Assembly (NCBI GenBank): GCA_013265495.1
Contig: MU058482.1
Span: 530,962 to 594,961, forward strand
Origin: Vicugna vicugna
Taxonomy: Eukaryota
Reading direction: 5' to 3'
Length of the DNA stretch: 64,000 bases
Notes under the pieces: model-generated
The model's database searches: none
What the model was told of the DNA's origin: nothing
What the model saw: the letters and a program-made list of their open reading frames with translations, nothing else
In this document: piece after piece, positions 49,724 through 61,020 of the stretch
Layout: every line of letters begins with the position of its first letter
Position numbering within the stretch: the stretch's first letter is position 1
Made by a program: the position numbers and the translations under genes

Positions 49724-51533
49724 TCAGGCCCACAAGGCAATAACAGCCATGAAGGCAAAACCAGCAGCTACACAGCCCCACTTGGCCAGAGGGGCCTCAG
49801 GACTTGCTAGCTCCTGGGGCAGAATTTCTAGGAAGGTGACATACAGGAAGGTGCCAGCCGCCACACCTTCTAACACAGCCTGGGCCAAGCCTTGCCCCGC
49901 CTCAGAGTCTTCTTCAGCCACAGCCAGCCCTAGGGCTAGGCCCAGGGGGAACATGAGAGCTAAGGACACTATGGAAAGCATGGTCCAACGTGATCCAGTG
50001 TGTCTCTGCACCAGCCGCAGTCCTACACTGAACACTACAAGCCCCTTGTGAGCCAGGACGGCAAGACAGAGCTGCACGGTGGCTGCCACTGTGGACTGCA
50101 GCCCCACAGCTAGACCTTCAAACACGGAGTGAAAGTAGAGTGAGAGCAAGAGGATGAAGGCTCGCAGGGGACCCCGGGAGGGTAGAGGTAGAGGTCCATG
50201 GCTGTGGAGTTCAAGGCCGTGAGCTCCACCCCACTGCTGCTCCTGCACTGTTGATCCTCCAGCAGCCCCAGGACAGCACTGCAATGCCAGCGACTCCAGA
50301 AGGAAGACAAGGAAGAAGCCCAGGGAGATGATGAGCTCTCCATAGGGATACTTGATCTAGGAACAGAGAGGGACTGTAAGGTGGGAAGGGAAGGGAAGGA
50401 ACTGCACTGGATGGACATGGGACTGGGAGACTGAAGAGGATGGGAAGTGTGGTAAGAGAACCTTAAAAAGGAGAATGAAGCCAAGAGTAGACATAGACAT
50501 ATGACCAGAATACCAGAGAGACTGAGGGACACAAAATCAAGAGGGCCAGACATTCAGGGAAATGACAGAAGCATGTCCAAGGGTCCAGAGAAAGACAGGA
50601 AGAGTTGAGCAAGAGTTCTCTCTAGGGTTTTATAAGCCCAAAAGGATTGGGTGGCTCCTCTTTTCCTCCACAATGAGTAAGTCAGGAGCAGAAGGGATTC
50701 CTGGAATTCCACACATGCTCCTCTCAAAAGGGTCTAGGTGTGAAAGGAGTCTCTGGTTCTCCCTGCTCTCCAGGTAGGGGCTGGTGGGAGATACTTACAT
50801 GAGTTGAATCAGCAACATCAGAAGAATTTCCCTCACTTTTTGTCCTGTTCTAAGGGAGAAAAATGCATACATCAGACAAGGTAGAGAGCAGCTCAGCTTC
50901 CTGTCCTGTCCTGTCAGCCTCACTGCCTTCCTTACAGCCCAATCTTACCTGCTTCCATCATTCCACACAACACAAGAGCTGTCATCTTCCTTGTCGTTCC
51001 TTCCATTTCTTGGGCTTCTTTGCTTTTACCCCTTTCCCCCCTGGTTCTGTTCATCATTCTGGCTTCACAGCCCTGCAGCTCAGCAACTCGGGTGCTCACC
51101 TGTGTCACCAACTTCTGGATCTCTGCTTCAATTCCTTCCAAGGCTTCAGCCGTCATGTGCATGAGCCCCGCTCCCAGGAAAATGCCAGCAGAAGTGCAGC
51201 CCAGGAGGCTGAGGATCCAGCGGTGTCGACCTAATAAAAAGCAGAAGTTATGATCCAGTCGGCAATGCAGAGATAGACAAAAGTGAGGAAAGAGCCACAG
51301 GCAGCACCCAATGTCCCAAGCTCGAGGATGATGAGAAAATCAGAGCAAGACAGCAGGACAGGGTGACAGGGCTGAAGCAGACTTAGGTTCTGGGGACAAA
51401 GATGGGGCAGGGCTGTACCTGTGGCTGCATCAGTCTGGAACCATTTGAAGCAGATGGGAATGAGGCCACAGATCAGAGTGAGAACCAGCGTGGCGAACAG
51501 GCAGCCAATTTTCACTCCTAGCAGTGGCTCCAT
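49724..51533 (-). CDS. SLC39A2: Zinc transporter ZIP2, 309 aa
   Basis: Coding exons 51533-51419, 51230-51100, 50849-50799 and 50356-49724. Sum 930 nt, GT-AG. ZIP signature HSVFEGLAVG, AVLAHKG and GTFLYVTFLEIL present. Confidence 0.97.
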
Positions 51534-52804
51534 CCTTGGGGTACAGGGTAAGCAGAGGGCTCAGAATAACAAATGGAGCAGGAGTGGTGTCTTAGGTGGT
51601 CAAAGCTGGAGTGGCCACTCTCCTGAGTTTCAAGAGGCTATCGGGATCCTTTCTGTTCTCTTCTGTGTTGCCTCTTCTTGCGCAGCCTTGCACAGCTGCC
51701 TGGGGCCCTGCCCCAGCTTCCGGCCCTTCCCCTACATGGAGGCCCCTCCCCTGGCTGACGCCTGCATGGTTTTAGAAACCAGTAACTCCAGACTCCCTGC
51801 CAAGCTCAGCCTGGTGCTGTCTTCTCCTCCTCTTCAGTGCTATGACTAATCCAAGGACTGTGGACAGTCAGTTCAGGCCTGGGGCTGGTCTGATTCAAAA
51901 ATGAGAGTCCGTGGTAGCTCCTTCCCAGCCGTTTTGTGTCGGGGACAAACTGGTCCTGCCTCACTCAGGACATTTGATCTAAGCCTTCCATGCCCTCTTT
52001 ACCCCAGCCCAAGTCTTATAGGTGGCGATGCTGATACCTGAACTGCACCCTTTCAGAGGGGATTTGGGGCCACCTGGGGTAAGGAGGTGGGGCTGCCAGG
52101 TGGAGCCGCCACCACTCCGTGGGAACTAGTAGGTGAGTGGACTCCCCTTTCCTGTAACCCCAGAAAAATAGCTCCAGGCGTGGAAATGTCTAACAGGGAG
52201 TTGAGATTTCTAGTGTTACATCAATACTCTTACAACTTCTGACTAAGCCTGCTCACTGATATATATTGCAGGAGAGGGACCGAGAGTTTTAAGGCAAAGA
52301 AAGTTGCTCTAGCTCTGAAACAGTACTAGGGGAGAACTGAGAAATGAACCAAGTAGACTGAAGGCTCCTGCCTGGATATTCAGGGGTGGCGATGGACGAC
52401 TCAGGCCCGAGCAGAACCCACTCTTGAGGGAAGCGTATGAGGTGAACTATGAGGGAGCTGACAAAGTTGGAAGCGCAGGAGGGAGAGAAAACCAGAGGCC
52501 AGGTGGCTGCTGATTCCCTATTCAGGTGGCCTGCAAAACAACCCTGAGACCTGTTGAGCCAGTTCTCAAGGAGCTGGGGGCAGTTTTCCCACTACCCCAC
52601 CTCACCTCCAGGACTCCCTGTGAAGTCCTGGAATCTGGTGGAAGCAGCAGTTTCCTCAAGGGAGAGGGTGAGCTAGAGATTTGTGTGGGAAGATAACCAC
52701 TGAAAAGCTGAGGATTCTCTTCATTATATTATAGGATAGGCCATGACAACGGACCTCTAGACCTTTTAAGAATCACAAGATCCATTTCTATTCTCGGAAA
52801 ACTT

Positions 52805-52810
52805 TTTATT
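52805..52810 (-). terminator. METTL17: METTL17 polyadenylation signal
   Basis: AATAAA on the minus strand ~120 nt after the stop codon. Confidence 0.75.
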
Positions 52811-52928
52811 ATCATTAAAACCTCAAGCAAACACAGATATATGGGGGTACCAGTACTCCCGTCCTGGATACCAGGTAGCTTCAGCCTTGGCAGGCACGAC
52901 AGAAGGAAACACTTGTTATGCTTCCTTG

Positions 52929-55900
52929 TCAACTCTCAGGGGGATCCTGAGCAGGGGATGGAGGAGGCTCAGACGGTGTGATCACAGGTAAAAGATCTCC
53001 CCAGGAGCTGACACGGGCACAGCGATACAAATCCCTGCATAAAAGAAAGGGTCAGTGTGGACTGCAGGTCCTTGCCACCTCCCACTAACTTGGGTCACAC
53101 GCTCTTCACCTGCCATGCCGGCGGGCCGTGATCACAGCATGCTGCCTCTGTCCATCTGGGCAGCACAGGTGACAATGCACGTGGCGTGGCCGCTTAAGGA
53201 CAGGCTGGGTGATACGGGGCCAGCGGGTAGCCTCCTCCGGAGACCCTCGGGCAAGGATCACCATCGAGAACTTCTCCTCCCTTGGCTTCTTGTTCTAAGA
53301 TAAGGATATAGAGTCAGTTTGGAGGGAAAAGATATGTTTGGAGGGAAAAAAATTTGTGAACCTCATTCCTGAAGCCCTTTTCATAGTCTGTAAGTCAGGC
53401 ATATTCAGGCCCTAAAATCTCCAAGCAATTCTCTGAATCTCCCAACTCCTCCCACTTTTGATTCTTTTTCACTGCGCTCTCCCAGGCTATCTTCTCCCTG
53501 CCACAGTACTCCCAGGGTACATACCCAGCTGAAGGGGATGGGATGGTAAGCCTGGGAAAAGCTACAGGCCAGAGGCTTAGAGGCTGTCAACTGGGGACAG
53601 GGAAGTTCATGGGGACACTGTGAACACAAATAAAAGACAAGAGGTGAAACAAAAGAACCACAGATCATAAAACCAAAAGCAAAGAGTGATGGAGTCAAGA
53701 AGGGCTAGGGATAAGGGAGCACCAGAACAGGTGGTAGGGAAAGCCAGGGACTCACTAAGAAAGAAACAGGATAGGGATACCAAGTAGTGGAGGGTGGCTC
53801 AGCTTTACCCTCTTACTTTTCCTGGCTACAGCTGAGTTCAGATCTTTGCATGCTGGGAAAGGAAGAAGTAATACTCACCGGGGCAAAGACAAAACCAGGT
53901 CGAGGGTCCAAAGGTGACTTCTCTTTTCCCTGAAATCAAAGAAAAAAAAAAAAAAGGGGATTTATTCTCATAACTCAATCTCTGCACTCAGTAAATCGAG
54001 GACTTCTTTAACATTCAGTTCTCATAATTATTAACCATATTCTTTGAGTTAAGCTGGCTACTTCTCTAATACTCCAAACAAAGAACTTTCTCTTTGCAGC
54101 AAGAGAAAAGCAGAAACTTGGCACACAGTATGGTGCTCTCCCCTGTCAGCAACCTCCACTCTCAAAAAAATCCTACTCTAGGACAATTCAATGTATGATT
54201 ATACACTGGCTCATACTGTCCCAAAGAGATAAGGTTCTTGGCTCAGCAATCAGGGGTCGGCAAAAAAAAATTTAAAGGCCCACAGAGTAGGCAAAATCTG
54301 TTTTTACCCCAACTATTCATCTGCTGTTTGTAGTGTGAAAACAGCCACAGACACACAAATAAGCATGGCTTGTACAAAAACAAGTGGCAGCCTGGATTTG
54401 ATCCACGGGCCCAACTTTGCCAACCACTACTCTGTATCATGACGACTTTATATGCCTAACATCTTGACAGTCACCCTTACCACTGTATGACAGAGTCTAT
54501 TCAATTTTCAAGGGAGTACCAACAACTGGTGAGAATAGGTGGGGGGTGAGGAGTAGGGAGAAAGGAGGAGAAAGAACCTTACATTAAGGACCAGGTCCCT
54601 GGCGTCCATGAGAAGGGAGTGCCCAGCTTTCGTTCCATTCTCCACCAATATCTGATTACAAAAGGGAAAAATAAGAGGAAGTCCTGAATTACATGAAAAC
54701 GTAAATGTCAGTAGCTCTGTAAGAGCATTCCCAGATGGAGTAGGGGTCCTAAGAGAAATGGGCATTATATATAAAATGGGGACAGAGACCCTAAAAGAGG
54801 GACAAAGGAGAAGAATGGTCAAGAATGAAGACAAGCTCCCACGGGGAGAAGGAAAGGCATAAAATCCGTGAAGCTGCTTTAAATCTTAAAAGGAAAAAAA
54901 GGAAAAAAAGTTTCTGCCCACCAGGAAATGACTTGTCTTGCGCCACAAGGTTTGGACTACATCAGCGCGGTCGGCCTTGCTGGGCAGTTCACTTAGAGAA
55001 AAGGCTGACACCACCACATCAAATTGCACCTGGTGTACAAGACAAGGAACACAACAGACCTGATTATCGCCCTCTTCTAAGAGTACAACAAAGGTCTATC
55101 CACTAAATCTCTTCTGCTTTTTAAAACTTTCTAACACTCAACACTAGGTTATAAACTCAACACTAGGTTGCAAAGCTGAGACTACAGTTCTCCATCTGCA
55201 TACTCCACAGCTAACCATACTTTAAACACTGCCACTTGCCTTTGGTGATACAGGTAGAAACTGTCTGAAGAAGACACCTGGAACAGAAGGCACCCCAGAT
55301 TCTGAACCACCTGTGGAGGAAAGCAGAGATGTGGCAACTTTGAGAGTGTATAGGTATAAACTCAAGTGACATCCCAATAAGAAACATGGCCCTGAGAATA
55401 AAGAGAAACACCAGCTGAGGGTGAGATGCAATAGGGTAGGCAACTATTGAAAAGGGCAGGGAGAATACCGGGTCATCTGTCCTGTTAATCTCTACCCAGC
55501 CAATTCACAGTCCAACGAAGGCTGTCAGCACCTGCTGCCTGACCACAGCACTGAAAGGTCAGACTCACCTTTCACTTGCAGCCCTCTCCTCTACTCCCTG
55601 ATACAAGACCTTTTCTAGTACTCCTTTGCTTTTTTAACTCCTTCAACTTTGGAAAAGCCCTTCCTCATACTTTGTCCTCACCTTTCAGTAGCTTTTCTGC
55701 CAATTCCAACATGGCAGCTGAGCTGTCCACGCACATATATTCACGTAGGCTCTGGCCCCAAGTACTGTGAGCAGCCCTAAGATGGCAAAAAACAAAACAT
55801 ACCAGTTTTCATGATAGTCATTCCTACAAGAGATCCCCTCCGTCCCCAACCAACCCTTGGAGAAAGAATGCTGTTAAGATAGCTGGAAAAATTAACCATG

Positions 55901-56522
55901 TTATTTTCTTATTTCATTTACAACTCCTTAAAAAAAAGGGACTCAAAAAACTATTTGTACACAAAAAATTTTTTGATGATATGTAAAACACATGCCCTAG
56001 ACCAAATGCCTTTCCTTTTTTATCCTTTTAAACATGAGTCTTTTTTTCACTTGACACTTCTTTAAGCTCTCGTCCTAATCCATATACCTTCTAGCACCTT
56101 GTCTAATCTGAGGGAAGAACTATTCCAGTTCCTAACTTTCCCATTCTCCCTCTGGTTCTCCAGTCTCTTGATATTGGGGTGGTGTAACATGGCTTTCTAG
56201 AGCTAGGTGACAGAGATGGAGAAAGATACTCACCAAGTGACAGAACCAGTACCTGAGCCAAAGTCCATCAAGGTTTTTGGCTGGAACTCTGGAAGTCGAG
56301 CTTGGATCTGAAGAAATAGACAACACCACACAGTGGGGTAAGTAGACACTTATTTAGGGTCTTGGTAAATATGACTTAGGGGACCACGACAAAGCAGATG
56401 AGATATAGACATCTTTTTAAGATTCAATGTAAATGCTTTATAGAATAGGAAGCTCTTAAAATAGCTATTCTAAACCTTTCCTGGGTCACAAAATCCTTTC
56501 AGAGGATAAATAGGGCCTCTTT

Positions 56523-56558
<36 letters not shown>

Positions 56559-58551
56559 CAACATCCCAAGAACCCTACCCCAGAAGATTACTTTATGAAA
56601 AAGAGAACTGATGGTAAAAGGGTTCAGGCTGGAAGCTGAGGGATTTCACCTCATGGAATGCTCTGGAGACTGCTGCAAAGCCACCATCCAGTCTTGCTGC
56701 CATATACAGCAGGCTCAGTCCCTCATTGTAGCTGCCAGAAAAATCAGAGTCATGTCACTGGGAAACAACCTCTACCCCATAGCTACCCTCTAGAGTTTTA
56801 GGAAATGAAATCTTTGGAAAGATCTCTTTAACACTCTCACTCCTCAACACAGAAGAGTCCTAGGAAGCCTTACAAATCAGGTCGCTTTCTCAAACACTAA
56901 GTCGTGTAATTGCACTTCCCCAACTCCCCTTCTAAAGTCAAACTCTTCTTTCTGTGGCAGCCATTCCAGTCCCCCTTACCTCAGTTCTTGCCAATGATAG
57001 GTGGTTTTGCGCAAAGCACGCAGTACTGCTTCGCGAAGTTTCTCCTCCATTTTAGATGAGTCTGGGGCGAGAACAAGGACTGGAAGTAAGGACCTAGGAA
57101 GAACAGGGCTTAGATCCAGTATCTGAATATACTGCCCGCCCATTCCTCCCCAACTCCCACCTGGGAAAAGCCTCAAAGCTTAAGAGAGAAGCAAAACCTA
57201 GAGAAAATTTTTAGGCAAGAATAATGACTACCACCACCATCAAAGTGTATCAGTATTTTGCCTCCAACAGCAGTTTATTCAACTCAACCAACCCTATCCC
57301 ACAGGTTTTGTTCTATATCAAAGGGAAGTATAAAAAAGATTTATATGATAGGATAAAAACAGTATTTTGCAGATTTCTTCACTTCCCCAAAACTTAACAA
57401 TGTGTCGTATCCCATGTTCCTATAGAGAGAAAAAGGGGCTGAAAAAACTCAAGTCTCATGATTGCGTTCAACTCAGTACTATTTCATCTACCGAGCACCT
57501 CTTATGAACCAGGTACCATAGGAAATGCAGGGAAGATGAATAAAGGCAGATCTTTAATATGAAGAAACTCATAACCATGAAAGTAACTTGACAAATTATA
57601 CTTATTGTCCTCTCCCTGTAGAGGGTTTTAGTACTGGACAAGGACTCTATTTCACTTGAACAAAAACTTTAAACGGTCTTAATCCAGTGGACTTGGAGGA
57701 AAAAACCCAAAGATTTAAATTTTCACAGGGTAATGAAGCACTCACCGACCTTTACTCAAACCCTAAGGGCAATCTCTGAAATAATCTATCTTCTCTTAGA
57801 AGGCATCATTGTAATAACTGCTCTGGCCAGAAAGGCAAACAGGAAACTGCAGTACCTACTTAACAGACTGTGAAATTACTTCCTGCTCTTCATTTCCCAC
57901 TGCTTTTTCAATGGGGCCTAGTCTCTAATTATTAAGTTCTACCTGCGTTTTCCAGGTATTTTTTCTCAAGATATACAGCCCGTCTTTGCAACTCCTCTGG
58001 CTCTGCAGGTAAATGCCGGCTCCAGAGATAATTGGTCAGTGCTTGCACCTGCTTCTCCGTAATGGGCATCGAGCTCTCTATGGACCAAAGATGAAAGGCA
58101 GAATCACTTGTACGCAGGCCTCGTCTCCGCTTCCTCTCGAGCTTCCATTTCCCACCGTTACTCACCCAGCAACAGTAACTTTGCGGCGTCAGCCAATGCT
58201 TGCGGCAGCCGCACGCATGACAGCTGCAGGATGCCGGGGTGTCGGCGATGGCACCTTTTCTTCAGGAAATCGGATTTGTTGTCCACCTGGGATACGCCGG
58301 GCACGACAGCAACAAACGCCTGCAGGCCGGGAAAGAAAAGCTGATTAACGGGCAGAAAAGATGGTTGCGGGCGCTGGCTAAGGGAGGAGCTGCCGAGAGC
58401 GCTCCTCTTCGGAGCGGAGCTGTTGTCAAGATCCACAACTTCTATGAAAGTAGGGAAAGTAAGCACTCACTCGGGACTGGGGAGCTACTCCAAGGCCGCG
58501 GCGCCATCTGCCTAATGTCAGCAGACATCCCAGTCCTCTCGCCGTCGCCAT
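52929..58551 (-). CDS. METTL17: Methyltransferase-like 17, mitochondrial small-subunit assembly factor (Rsm22 family), 461 aa
   Basis: 14 exons: 58551-58471, 58319-58166, 58077-57943, 57061-56980, 56731-56650, 56307-56234, 55776-55682, 55310-55240, 55029-54922, 54651-54583, 53929-53879, 53617-53525, 53294-53110, 53034-52929. Sum 1386 nt. Motifs [36 protein letters not shown] and [12 protein letters not shown]. Confidence 0.97.
54251..54429. mobile_element. MER58A-like hAT MITE in METTL17 intron 10
   Basis: TIR caggggtcggcaaa ... tttgccaaccact with internal gcagcctggatttgatccacgggcc. Confidence 0.75.
56526..56556. repeat. (CA)n microsatellite in METTL17 intron 5
   Basis: Seen directly. Confidence 0.9.
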
Positions 58552-58870
58552 GGCGCCAGAGGTGAGCCGGAAACGGAAATGCAGGCACCGGTGACCCTCA
58601 GTCTCAATCGCCGCGGCGAACATCCTTCCCGGAACGTCGGCGCGGAGCAGAATCAGCCAATGAGGAGAGCGAGTGCTTGCTAGTAGCCAATAAACGATCG
58701 ATATGTAAATCGCCTTGGAGAGCATTCCTGCACCTCAGTTCCGCCGTAACCAGCCGGAAGCGAGGTGGTCTCAACGATGCGTTAGGGTTTGTCTGCGCGT
58801 CCAGAAATCGCGAGGGCGGGACGAGGTGGGGGCGGGCCCTTTCCTGGAGCCTCCAAAAACGCGTCATAGG
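58552..58870 (-). promoter_or_regulatory. METTL17: METTL17 TATA-less CpG promoter
   Basis: CpG-rich, with two CCAAT boxes (agccaat at ~58655 and ~58685), several ETS-type CCGGAA motifs and a GC box at ~58828. Confidence 0.7.
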
Positions 58871-59777
58871 GAGGCAAGGAGTTTTTGTGTGGGTTAAGTA
58901 CCTGTGTTCTTTGTTTTTCTTTGTGGAGAACTCTGTGAAGTCTTGAGGTTTTTACCTTCGATGTGAAGAGGAGAGAAGTCAATAATGGAAAGATGAAATA
59001 AGAAAAACCAGATTTAGGTGACCGGAGATAACAGAATAATAGGTAATAGAAAATAATAGAGTTAATTTTTTTTACATCCTAGTTTCTTCATATTAAACTG
59101 ATACTCTTAGATAAATAGCCAACATTAGAACATTATGTGCCAGTGTGACAAACACTTTTACATAATACTATCTCATTTAGTTCCCACTATTCTATGGTGT
59201 AGATTATTTTAACCCCATTTGCACCTGAGGAAAGTGAGCCTTAAGGTGGTTAAATATTACACCCCCGACCCCAGCCCCAATTAAGTCAAGGAAAATTAAA
59301 GATTCTTTGAGGAAGTTTTGGATAATTTGGAGGTGGATAATGACTAACTGATCTTCACTGAGTTTGTGAAAAAAGGGAAATAGCTAGTTATTAGATCTAG
59401 AGACAATCTCAATAATGAAGGTGTGAAGCAACTGGAATAATACTTTGGGAAATTAAAGAAATTCTTCGATCAAAGATCCCAAATAGTACCTTTTTTAAAA
59501 AAAAACTCTGTTTCTTTTTGTTAAGTTGTCTCTTTTTAAATCTTCTGATCTCTTAAGACATTACTTACTGTGTTTATTTGGGTTTGTGTGTCTTGCAGAT
59601 TAGTCTTTATCTTTTAAACAACTTTTACTTTTATTTGTAACTTTCCTGAATATGTCATCTTTTTTAATGAATTTTTTTCTAATGTTGATATATGTTGTTC
59701 TTTCATGTCTTGAATTATTTTCTTAGTTTGTTTTGAAATCATGGATTATAGTTTAAAGCTGTTTCATAGACACTTCT

Positions 59778-61020
59778 GTTAGGTTCTTAGAGAAGCAGAC
59801 ATTAGGTGGAATTGGATTTATAGATTTATTGGGAGAATGCCTCTGAGGGGGAAAGGGAGAGAAAGTCAGAAGAGGCCAAAAGAGCTGCCAGATTATGATG
59901 CAGGTTTGACCTCTGTGAAAGAGGGAGGAAAGGAAGACAGATTGGATGGACACAGTTCTAAAAATGTTTCAGCCAGGCTAATGGATAGTCTTTGAGCTCA
60001 AGGTGGTCATCAGAGGAGCCTTGCATCCTGCAAAGATGGGCGTGACTTAGCATCACTGCTGCACTCTGTCATTGTCTGAGAGCAGCCCATGGGAAGTGTA
60101 GCAGATTCAGAGTGTGGAAGTTACTTGTGATCCCCACAGTGGGAGATCTGAGTATTGCATTTTCATAGCTGTCCTAGAGCCACACAAACCTACTTCTCCA
60201 GATAGGTTCAAGGGACAATTCTTTCAAGCTTTGCATGGGACTCTGTTCCTGAAGAGAAACTTAGAAGAAGGAGGTAGTGGGGAAAGTTATAGTCACTGTC
60301 ATTGCAGTTGAGCTGGCACCTATCCTTTCCCTCCTTTACTATCCATTCTGATTTTCCCTTACCCTCAGCTATATCATGTCTTAGTGGCTTGTCTGGTGTT
60401 ATGACCCAAACCTTCATTCCTGAGTGGTCCAAATCCTTGATAGTCATATCTTTCTCCAGCTGATGTCACTGCACATGTACAATCACAGTTACAGTGGAGC
60501 ATGGGAATGCCAGGGAGCATCCAAGTAGATCACTTGGGTTCCACGTGAATTGCTCCCTGTTCCCATTGTGTCAAATCAGCCCCACATCTTCCTGCTAATT
60601 AGGGTCACTTAGCCCTGACAGTATGGTAACTTCTCTTCTCATCTGCTGGTCCCTAGACTCAGGAACTCCAAAGTGTCTTGGTAGCAGCTATAGCTTGTGG
60701 TTCAGCAGGACCCTCGATATGTCTCCTGGCAAGAGTGCATCCTCTTTGGAGATCTGGACCTTTGACCCTGTAGAGCCTAGACTTACAGAGATGAAAGCAT
60801 GAAATTTCCATGGGTCAGTGGGAGTGATGGTAAGTGAAGCCATTCTTGCTTCTACTTGTTGGTTACCAGACCTGTGTATTCTTCCTATTGGGGACACAGT
60901 ATTATTTAGAAGCTTCTGATTCAATAAATACACTGCATCCTGAAGGATGGTGCCTAATCCTTTCAGAATGTTGCCTCCAAGCTGTTTCTTCAGCTGTGCC
61001 TTTAAAAAGCCAGTTGGTCT
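59778..61020 (-). mobile_element. ERVL-class endogenous retrovirus remnant (pol 3' region plus 3' LTR)
   Basis: Minus-strand fragments YLLNQK..VSPIGRIHRSGNQQVE..LTITPTDP (60688-60933) and SGMKVWVITP..AEGKGKSEWIVKEG (60208-60447) resemble the ERVL integrase C-terminal region. LTR-like sequence at ~59778-60180. Boundaries approximate. Confidence 0.75.

Noticed and set aside
53930..57942. Intronic snoRNAs in METTL17
   Set aside because: No convincing box C/D pair with a terminal stem or H/ACA structure seen by eye; an Infernal/Rfam scan would be needed to exclude them.
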